Source of the DNA: Chrysomallon squamiferum
Lineage: Eukaryota; Animalia; Mollusca
Reading direction: 5' to 3'
Assembly: GCA_012295275.1 (NCBI GenBank)
Contig: CM022670.1
Coordinates: 2,046,001 to 2,110,000 of the forward strand
Length of the DNA stretch: 64,000 nt
Made by a program: the position numbers and the translations under genes. Positions 53,510 to 64,000 of the stretch are shown here, piece by piece; position 1 is the first letter of the stretch; every line of letters begins with the position of its first letter. Under the pieces are notes generated by a model. The model made no database searches and was not told the DNA's origin. It saw only the letters and a program-made list of their open reading frames with translations.

Positions 53510-55378
53510 CAGTAATAATCATGATTCATTTTTAAATATTTTCTGGTCTATTAAAGCATTAAAATGTGTAAAATATTTATTTTTAATTTAATTGTTTTCT
53601 TTGTATACTAATATTATTTGTAAAATGCCATAATATGCATATATGTATTTTTATTTTATTGGTGTATTATTTTAAGAGCTGGTTGACTTTTCGAAATGTT
53701 TTCTTTTTGAATGAAAAAAAATAAGGCTTTCACAAGTAGAAAAAACTGCTATAATTATTATTCACAATGATCAATTAGGTGTCCTAATAAATTGCTGTAT
53801 TTTGGCATTGATATAAATGTGAGGCCCTTGACTATCCTGGGGAAAGGCCTGTATGCAGTGGGGGGGGTGTACATCTTCCATTAGTATTTTGGTCTTTACT
53901 TTATTTTGATGTGTGTGTGTGAGAGCATGTTTTCCATGGAGTATCAAACATTTTATATATGTTGCTGTATAATAGTAGCTGAAGTTTTAAAAAAAAATAA
54001 TATCTTCTTATTTTGAAGCCATTTAAAACTTCATCCAGGTAAACAGAAATTTTGTATCTAAATCTGAGAGATTTTTAAAATTATTTTTCCAAGGGGGAAA
54101 ATATTTAATGTTTCCTTTGTAAATTAACAACCACCATTATATTGCTTTATAATTTCGTGCATGGATATGAGAGTTTATTTGTTCAGGAGGAACACAGCAG
54201 TTTATATGATAATCTTTTTGTGTGTTTATACATCTTTTTTTAGTATTTTGTTCTTTATTATAAAAAAAAAATTAATTTTTAATTTTTTTTGGGTTTAGGT
54301 GGTTTTGAAAATTTTCATGGAACTATTGATCCTGAAGAGCTTTTTAGAAAGATCTTTGGAAGTGCGGGTTTCGGAATGTCAGGGTTTGGTAACATGAATG
54401 ACTATGAAGAATCAAAGTTTGGATTTGCACCAGCCTCTGAGGTAAATTATTGATCTGTGAAACAGGTTTCCCTTTGTTAAAATGGAGATAATTCAGTTCT
54501 GATTTCTTTTTGTGAGTCTTTGTTCTAAGTCCTAGTAGGATGATCACGGAATCACTAAATTTGTTTCCATATAATAATAAAACAAAATTCTTGTGAAAAA
54601 TTATTTATTTTATTTAAGTCAGTTTTTCAAGTGTTTATATATGTCATTTACTTCCTGAATATTAATCTAAAATATAAGTCTTAATTTGTTCTTTAATATT
54701 TAAATTTAAAACAAAAACTTTTTAATTTTAAATGATTCTGGTATCACTTTAAAAAAAAAAAAAAAAAAAAAAAATTTTTACATTGATTAACTTTGAACCC
54801 AAATATTAATTACATTTTTTGTTTCATGCTATTTTTCAGTTAAATGGTTAAAGAATGTTTTGGTTTTTTTTTGTAGATAATGATGGACTTGAGTTTTCAA
54901 GAGGCAGCACGAGGTGTGAACAAAGAAATCACAATTAATGTCAAGGACACATGTCCTAAATGTTTAGGCAAAAAAGCTGAACCTGGTACAAAGCCAATCA
55001 CTTGTCCACAGTGTAATGGCACTGGTATGGTAAGTGTACTTACTGTGTTACAGTTCATTATGCTTTAAAAACTAAGCTAAGGATTTAATGATGATGATTT
55101 TGAAATCTAAAAAATATTAGAATAATTTATAAGCATTAATTAGACAATATTCCTATGATCAGTTGTTGATTATTGATAGCCACATGAATTCATATAACAA
55201 CAAAAATGACAACAAAATTACACATGTCCAGGCTCTGTATCGATTGTTCAGATTGTAAAAAGATGAATGCTATTTTGAATTCAGTTCCTTTTAGTCCTTA
55301 TTATCAGTTCATACTACTGTTCTGAGAGATACATGTGTAGTCTGTGAATCCAGTTAAACAGATACTTACTAAAAACGT

Positions 55379-55409
<31 letters not shown>

Positions 55410-57739
55410 TGCTATTCTGAATTCTATTTTTACAAACTGTATACACATTAACTTAAAATCCAAAGAGTGTGTAAATCATTATTTAAAAATGCACTGTTAT
55501 AAATTGCAGGAAACAATAAGTACAGGACCTTTTGTGATGCGTTCTACGTGCAGGCGTTGTTATGGACAAAGAATGATCATTAGGACACCGTGTACAGAGT
55601 GTAATGGAAAAGGAAATCTTATTCTTAGGAAAAAAGTTGTAGTGCCTGTTCCAGCCGGTGTGGAGGATGGACAGACTGTGAGAATGCCTGTAGGAAAACA
55701 AGAAGTGTTTATTACATTTAAGGTAAATATTTACCTTTGATATAAACACAGATGGACCATCTGAGGTATATCATGATCAGTAAAAAAAAAGATAAAATTC
55801 TCACTGGATTGGTAAGCGTATTGTGATAAATAAAAACACAGGAGTTTTAAACTGTTAATTAGATTTAGAGTAATTCTTGAAAAAGAACATCATTAAAAAG
55901 TCAAGGTTTTAATTTATCAAAAATAGATACACAGAATCATTTGACCATTTAAGTACATTATCTGTCAGTTGTTTGTAAAACATACTTTCATTTCAATCAC
56001 ACTGGATTTTTCCATTAATCCATAGTGAACAGATTGTTGGTGTAGCAATCTAGGTAACTATATTTTTGTTATTTTCCTCCTCAGGTAGCCAAAAGTCGTA
56101 TATTCCGTAGAGAAGGTGCTGATGTACATAGTGATGTTGCAATTAGTTTATCTCAAGCGGTGCTTGGAGGAACTGTCAGAGTGCCTGGAATATATGATGA
56201 TATCTTATTAAATGTAAATAGCATTTGCAATATTTTTATTAAATATAATAGAATTTACAATGCTGTATTATTATAAATAATAGAATTTAAAATGATACAT
56301 TATTAAATTATAAAAATAAATGGAGTTTGTGATGATTTATTAAATATAAATAGAATTTACGATGTTGCATTATTAAATGTAAATAGAATTTATGATGATG
56401 TACCATCAAAAGTAATTAAAATTTACGAAGGTCTATTATTGAATGATAATAAAATATCTAGAGACATTTTACTACATTGATCTGAATTATATAGAGTGTT
56501 TCAAATGAAATAATTTACAACATAGAGAAAAAAATAAGCAGTTATATAATATACATTTCATTTGCATAATTCACATTTTATGATCCCAGTATAGCAATTG
56601 ACAAAGTAATACAGTTATTTCATATTGTGTTGTTTTTGGGTGTTATTTTTTTCTAAGACTGTCTCTATCATGAATATTCAATGAATGTTACTATTTCAGA
56701 TTCCTGCAGGAACCAGCTCTCATGAAAGAATGCGAATGCAAGGCAAAGGAATCAGCAGAGTGAACAGCTATGGATACGGAGACCATTATATCCACATAAA
56801 GATTAGAGTTCCTTCGTAAGACTGCTTTTCACAACAAAGTCCAGAATAACAGGAAATACTTGAGAAACAAGATTTTACATGTTTTAAACAAACACATTTA
56901 ATATGATTATCTTCCATGTACTGTTAAGTTCTGGGGTTTTTTTTCTATGATCCAGACACCCCATGCAATATTTGCATCTAAACAGAAAATAATTTTATTT
57001 TTATTTCTCATTAACATTTTATAATAAATAAATGTTAACAGAGGTTCTGTATTTTTAATTTAAGATTTAAGATTTAATTCTGTATTTTAAGAGATTTATT
57101 GTGTTTGTACCATGACTTTTAAAATGCTGGATTAATAAACTTTGTTACGTAAAATTTGAAAATATTCAGTACAAGAAATGAATAAAAAAAAATTCTTTAT
57201 TTCATCTTTTTTTTCTTTAGAAAACTCACCACAGAACAGAAAGCTTTGATTCTTGCTTTTGCTGAGTTGGAGAAAAATACAGAAGGAACAATAAATGGAG
57301 TAGCACATACCAAATCAGGTAATCGGAAGTTTTAAATTTATCTACCACCAATTAACAGAAATCTAATTTAACAAAAATAAAGAATGAGACTAAATGTTTT
57401 GTTAAAATAAGTTGATTGTAATTCATTTCTAAAATAATCATAACCCTGGGACTTTAAATGAAACCTGAATAATTTATTTATTTTTTTGCAATAGTATTAT
57501 TATATATGTAGATATAACATGAATGTCACTGCCATCAGATTATTTATTTTAATAATAAAATTCTGGTATTTTCTAAATTTAAAATGTAAGACTTAAATGG
57601 CACTAATTGGCCATTCTGTTTATCCATCCTTCTTTCTATTTCAGCCGGAAAGAAGGATGGAGAGAGTAAACTAAATCAGGAAGATGATGAGGATGAAGAA
57701 AGCTTTCTTGACAAACTAAAGCGTAGATTATTTGGATGA
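51179..57739 (+). CDS. DNAJA3: DnaJ homolog subfamily A member 3, mitochondrial (Tid1), about 481-485 aa
   Basis: Exons 51179-51344, 52141-52277, 52477-52560, 53159-53270 (or 53282), 54299-54441, 54877-55029, 55510-55722, 56085-56213, 56700-56815, 57221-57318, 57645-57739. Arg-rich presequence, J domain with KYHPD, G/F region [12 protein letters not shown], four CxxCxGxx zinc motifs, Tid1-L-like end [16 protein letters not shown]. Confidence 0.95.
56188..56450 (+). repeat. Degenerate 33-bp-like minisatellite derived from the DNAJA3 exon 8/intron junction
   Basis: Unit gaatatatgatgatatcttattaaatgtaaata is repeated with decay into the intron, e.g. gaatttacgatgttgcattattaaatgtaaata at about 56353. 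Confidence 0.7.
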
Positions 57740-58225
57740 TGATAATCTTTATTAGTGACTTTCATGTTGTTTTCTGATTTGTTTTTGTTTGCATCAGTTT
57801 CCAGCATATAATATTCTTGTTTTATATTTATTTGTCAAAGATAAAGATGTATGCAATATGTTTAAATACACGTTTTTCATAGTCATACAATTATTTATCA
57901 AAGATGCATTTTCACTATATTAAAATTTTAACAAGTTATGCAGGGCTTTGTGATAAGTAGGTTCTCTGACACTTCTGTATGTAACAGTGTCAGAGAAGGG
58001 CCAGAGAACATTGATATCTGATCCTGTTTTCTTATTTTCGATTGCCTGAGAGGAGTTTTAAACGACTTCCAAGACATTTCACATTTAAATTGCTTCGAAG
58101 AGCTTTACATCTCCAGACGGGTAATGCTTTCAATTTTAGCCCTGCATATAGATACATACATATATTCAGAAGAAGAAGCATTTTATATTTTAATGCGTTT
58201 AATTTGACATCATTTTGTGGTCCAG

Positions 58226-58353
58226 GACTAAAAGCATACGAGGATGAAGAAGGTTTTCTGAAACAGATCCGAGAAGCACTGAAAAACATTGACGACACAA
58301 AGTCAGACGACAGTGACACAGATGGTAAAAGTTTACACAAAGACAGAAGTTGA
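58226..58353 (+). CDS. DNAJA3: Alternative last exon of DNAJA3 (GLKAYEDEEGFLKQIREALKNIDDTKSDDSDTDGKSLHKDRS*)
   Basis: Acceptor ttttgtggtccag, phase 1 matching the donor at 57318; contains EDEEGFL, the motif of the Tid1-L tail. Confidence 0.7.
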
Positions 58354-58481
58354 CGCTTGTAAACATTTTAAATTTGAATTTTTTTAATTTTTTTTTTTTT
58401 TTTTAATTTTATGAATTTTAAAATAAATAAAAAATCAAATCTTGCTTATATTTAACTGATAGATATTGCTTGCAAAAAGGT

Positions 58482-58523
<42 letters not shown>

Positions 58524-59548
58524 CTGATTTTGGAAAAGAAAATGTTTACTTAAATAAGCTGTGTTGTCCATTACTTTATTTTTGTCAGAAGAGAATGATT
58601 GTTTTTTGTTTTTTTCACATGATACTCTTAGCTGTGATAACATGTTTAAGGAAACTTACCTCTCATTGATATTAAATCTGATGTTTTCATGGAAATTATT
58701 TTGAACTGAATAGAAGTGTCACATTTGGTTCAAATTATATATGTGTTAAACATAAAGTGGTCTTTTTGTTCTTCTTTTTAAAAAAAAAATAAAATAAAAT
58801 AAAATATCTAGATTTATGGTGTGCCAGCTAGCATGTGTATGAATAATTGATAAAATAAATATTGATTTAAAAATGTCCCGGTAATAAATATGTAGCAAAT
58901 ATTTGGATGACTGGTAAAAATAAATAGTTGTGAAAGTTTTGTTTTTATGTTATTCTTCATTAACATCATAAAACCAATCACTAAATTACTAATATAATAT
59001 CACAAAAGTTATCCATTAGTATACTTCTTTCTAGTTCTATTTGTAATACTTTAGCTGTCTGTTTATGGACAAATATTGGGATCTGTTTCAAAAACAGACA
59101 CTCATAATCCATAAAGTGACTTCCAGCACACATTGTTAATGCATTACAATCTTAGTCATCCACTGATATGTACTTGCCTTTGATCCATTAGACGAATTAA
59201 TTTTTTTTAAATAAAAGCATTTGACTGTTACCATAGTAATGTTTTTGTTACACATCAGATGAGTTTAAAATCCATAGATGCTTAATACTGCATATTTTAG
59301 TTCTGAAGTAGATTGAAAATAATCTTCACGTTTTTTGTAATGTTTTATCATTGCTTATTTACCAAGTGCTTGGCATGTTATAGGTACATGGCGACGTCGC
59401 AAAGCATGTCAAAAATAAAGGAAAGATGCTCTCACAGCAAATGGATGGCAGTCTTTTCAGCATGTTTTCTTCCTTACGAGGAGTGACATTCAAATAAAAA
59501 AGACATTATTACTGCATTTGATGATAAATAGATTATTTAGTTTTTTTC

Positions 59549-59579
<31 letters not shown>

Positions 59580-59599
59580 TTCAAGAAGTAATATTTTAC

Positions 59600-59646
<47 letters not shown>

Positions 59647-60285
59647 GATAGAAAGTGTGTCATTTTTATACATACAGGCAGTGTTAGAATATATATTTTT
59701 AATACGAATGAAATTAGCTGAAGCCTTCACTGAGTGTTTTGAAACAGCACAATGTGTGATAGTGTTCTTTCATGTATGTTGTGATACAAGATACAGACTA
59801 GAGTATCTGTATCATGGAAATTATAACAGTTAACAGTTGCAAGCCAAGAATCAGTTATTCATGAAACATTACTCTTTAGCCTTAACATAATAAGTTAATT
59901 GGTGAATATATAAAAGGTTTGAAAAGTTTAGGGTATAGTTTGTAAACTTTTGCCTTTAATATGAATATTATTCAATAATAATTCATAAAATATTAAACAG
60001 ATTTCATGTTTGTCAGAACTGTTTTCACTTTATGGTGTATAATAACCATTATTATTGTACAACTTGTTATAATAAAATTTATGAACATGTAAGAGATAGT
60101 TTATAAACTATTGTCTTTAACAAGAATAATATTGAATTGTGATATAAACAAAATCATGTATGGAATTTGGCCTGTCCTGTGTTGTTAATAAAAGAATTAT
60201 ATCTGATAAACATTAACTTTATACTGCTACTAACTTTAAACTAATGCAGAATGTAATCATCATCATCATTATCTTTATGATTATG

Positions 60286-60332
<47 letters not shown>

Positions 60333-63027
60333 GATGTTTGTTATTTTATTTGATTAATTATTGGGGGTTTTCTTGGAGGTAGCAGGAATTGTTCTCTTTT
60401 GTTTAGTTTATTAGTGGTCTCTCTTCATTCAAGAGTTTTTAAATTTTTTTATATATATTTTTTTCCCTTTAAAAATTTGTTATCCTGTGCACTCTTCAGG
60501 AAAATGTACAGCTTAAAACACGCACATGAATGCACAGCATTCTACACACATAACAAAATCATTCATCCAAGAACATTACCTCCTGTTTAAAAAATGAAGT
60601 TAGATACATCAAACAGTTGTTCCAGAGTTGTGTGTAACTTGTATTTTACTAGCCTGGACTTGTAATCTAGTTCTGGTAACTGGTATGATACTACTGTCAT
60701 GAACAGTGGATGAATATCTGTTGAAAATCATTAATTGTGAGTGTAATTATTTGCTAAATAAATTATCACATGCTAGATGTTTGTGATAAAAAGTGATACT
60801 TGTCTTTGTGTTTCCTTTTTGCCTCTTAAAAGATTATTGGATGTTTTCGTGTTTGTTTTGGGGATTTTTTAGTCTTTTTTTTTTATAAGTGATTATAATA
60901 TATTATAATATTTACCTTTGGTGTACAAAGTATAGTCAGCAATAACAAGGGGAATATTTCTTAAGTGTATAATGACCTAAAGTTCAGACTGAGTAAATTA
61001 AAACAGAATTCATCATTTTTCCACTGCTTTTTTAAAAAATTCTTTTTTTTTTTTTTTTTTTTAACCAAACAAAAGTGTATTTTGTTGCTTCTGTTACAAA
61101 ATAACATAAATATAGAAAATTATCTACTTCCATGCATCGTTCAGACATCAAACTTCATAGAACAGTTTGTATTTTCCACTAGAAATTAATGTTTATGACA
61201 CTGATAATATAATGTATGCTAGTCTGAACTTTGACACATCAGAGAAAGTAAACAACCAGAGATAAAGACATGAATGCCCCTGTCTGTCATCACTGGACTG
61301 TTCAGATCAGTACAGACTGCACCACTGTACTATTATTTCCACACGCTCTTTTAACTTCACATAGCATTTCATTATGAATTAGTTCAGCACAGGCAGTACC
61401 AGTGTTTTTAATGATACATTTCAAGAAATATGTATTTTTATTTGATGGAACTTCAGAAAACTTCAGAACTAATCTGTTCATGTAGACAAATGGTGGCATT
61501 CAAGTACATTTTAACTTAACTTGTTATTGTTATACTTCATTATTAATTAAGATTAGTTGGCAAAAGGAAATAAAATAACTAAAAAATAAACAAAATGTAT
61601 TTAGTCTGTTTTTCATCTCACTAAATATATACTTCAAGAAACACAAAGATAAACATTGCTATCATTCTTTTGAAACTTGCTACATATATTTTATATCCAC
61701 TTAATATAGCCTTTCATAAACCAGGTATGCTGCCTGGGACAAGAAATGGCCTACCTTGTCTCCACCCAGCAGTTAAATCAACTGCCACGTATCACCCACA
61801 GAAAAGAATGGAAATAAAACTGCTTTTCTATGGAGGTATATTTTTGTTTTACATTTGTACTGGGGTTTTTTAATGTATTTACTTTTATTCATTTACACTA
61901 TCTTAAATATGTATCTTACTTGTGTTATTCTTTATTACAGGTCTAGAAATCACTATTAAATTAGATCTCTAAACAAATGAAACAATATCACTTGGAAGAA
62001 CCTGCATTCAAAATATGCATAAAATACTAGTTCACATCTGTGATATAAATTTACCTGTTTAGACTGATTCAGTTTTCAAAAAGTTATGCCTGTGACTAGC
62101 ATGCTTGGATGGAAATTAACATTTTCACCCGCATGATAAATCAAGTTAAGTATTATTATACGGTTTTATTTATTTCAAACCAACTGATTAAGTGGGTGGC
62201 CATATTGTATAAAACGTTGTAATATTAACAGATGATAAATGGTAGATCTGGCAGGTTACATCTATCAATGTGTCATTCTTCAGGTTGATGTTATATGCAC
62301 CCATGCAAAATGTACACTAATTAGCAAAATTAAGTTAAATCACGTGTATGTCTTCTCAAGTATCACATACGAACCGTGAACCATATAGCTATAAGTATAA
62401 CAAAGCAATTTGCTTGACCTCAGTAGCCTCGTCTTCTTGCACTTTATACAATAGATGATATTTATGTAACCTAATGATTAACTTACAGCATAATTTAATT
62501 TTATATGCTGGACTGCAGCAGAATAAAAATAGATTTACCACCGTTGATTCAGCAGGGGGGCTGGGGAGTTTAGTAGTAGTAGTAGTAGCAGTAGTATTTG
62601 TTGTAATTATATTTGCTTTATCAGATCTCATTCTAATTTTATATTACGTTTAATTCAGCTATCTCTCTCTCTCACACACACACACACCTGATCTATTATG
62701 GATAATAAAAAAATGTGAACTTAAAGCATTTTAAAAAAAATTGCAATATTAAAAATCTTAATTTTAAAATTAGTAGATAACGCTATTAAATATTATTATC
62801 ATAATTAACACATAATTAGTTTAATAGTTACTACATGAATTCCTGACACTAATGTTGATCAGCAAATAATGTGAAAAATTTGATGACATTCCATTTTTAT
62901 ATAATGGGACTCCGTACTTCACCAATAGCCTCGGCAGCCTCTGCCTTTGAACTTTTGTGAATACGGTGATTCACGTAGTTAAATAACAAAAATTTATTAA
63001 AAGTCGTTTACAACGTTAGTCACCATA

Positions 63028-63905
63028 ATGATTGCAGTGGTATGTAAATAAATATAATTCTTAAGAACAAAATTTTCAAAAATTAAATCCCGTGGTTTAA
63101 AATAGAAAAGTATTTGTTTCAACATTTCGTCATTTGTAATAGTTACGCTAGAAGTAAATTATTAATGGGAGGATTGAACAAAGTACAAAATTAACGAATA
63201 TTATTTATATGTTAATACATTATTTACGTTTAAAAATCAAAAATAAATAAATAAATAAATACATTGGTATAAACTAACTGTATTTTGTTCTATTATTAAT
63301 ATAATTTTCAACCTACAATTAAATAATTCATTTGTAAGCGACATTTCTTAAAAACAGTAAATAAGACGTATCGGGACTAAAGCGAAAAACGATGAACGGA
63401 TCGGAAATTGCACATTTTAAGGTTTTATGTGCAGTGGCGTGCAAAGGTGGGGGGCGAAGGGGTGGTGGCCCCGGGCATCCAATCAGAGAAAAGAACTTAA
63501 TAAATCTAGCTGATTTATATTTAAATCGAATGAAGTGTTTATTTTATGTTTTATCTTCCTTTCTCATATTTCTCTGTACAAGACATTATGCTTGAGTCTT
63601 TGGGGCATACAGTCAAGGAGTTGGCCCCGGGCATCAGCAGACCTCAGCACGCCACTGTTTATGTGATTGATAAAATACTGAAAATAAAGAATATAATGGT
63701 GATTTTTATGTATATGAAAAGCATATCATTTTGTTTAAAAATGAAAAAAAAAAGTTTCTTTCCAAAAATTAAATAATGACACTGCAAACGTTAAATACAA
63801 TTTAATAATGATTACTTATTTAGGTGACTGGATCAAACAAGGGAATTGGATTTGCTATAGTTAGAGCTTTGTGTAAGAAATTTGATGGTGATGTTTTTCT
63901 GACTG
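63028..63905 (+). CDS. CBR1: Carbonyl reductase [NADPH] (CBR1-like SDR), 5' part; continues beyond the window
   Basis: Exon 63824-63905 encodes VTGSNKGIGFAIVRALCKKFDGDVFLT (TGxxxGIG Rossmann motif in the CBR-specific context). Probable first exon 63028-63039 MIAV|GTATGT is less certain. Confidence 0.85.
63432..63657. mobile_element. Non-autonomous hAT MITE (226 bp)
   Basis: Perfect 11-bp TIRs CAGTGGCGTGC...GCACGCCACTG; perfect 8-bp TSD TTTATGTG (63424-63431 and 63658-63665); internal direct repeat TGGCCCCGGGCATC near both ends. Confidence 0.92.
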
Positions 63906-64000
63906 GTAAGTATCTAATTAAAAAGTTTAAATTTGAGGTGTACGAAACGAATTCGAAAGAAAACTGCTTCCAATTTCGTTTCGGTGTTATAATGTACTCA

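Overview
AT-rich, intron-rich, microsatellite-laden eukaryotic DNA from an invertebrate. A gastropod mollusc is my best guess from repeat content, not proven. Most ORF-track entries are microsatellite artefacts, so genes were rebuilt by hand from splice sites and reading-frame phase. Left to right: (1) the 3' part of a Delta-type Notch ligand (+, DSL + 9 EGF repeats) that ends in a short hydrophobic tail with no evident intracellular domain; (2) an orphan, signal-peptide-bearing multi-exon gene (-, about 15-28.6 kb); (3) UFM1 (+, complete, 85 aa); (4) Coronin-7 (-, complete, 26 coding exons, about 973 aa); (5) DNAJA3/Tid1 (+, complete), head-to-head with CORO7 and carrying two paralogous alternative last exons; (6) the 5' start of a carbonyl reductase (CBR1-like SDR, +). 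Mobile DNA includes two Tigger/pogo-like MITE copies, an intact hAT MITE with an 8-bp TSD, degraded SINE-like fragments and several minisatellites. Best leads: a possibly GPI-anchored or decoy Delta, the orphan prohormone-like gene with a candidate 12-nt microexon, alternative C-termini in DNAJA3 and CORO7, CORO7-DNAJA3 microsynteny shared with human, and a visible CpG-decay boundary.
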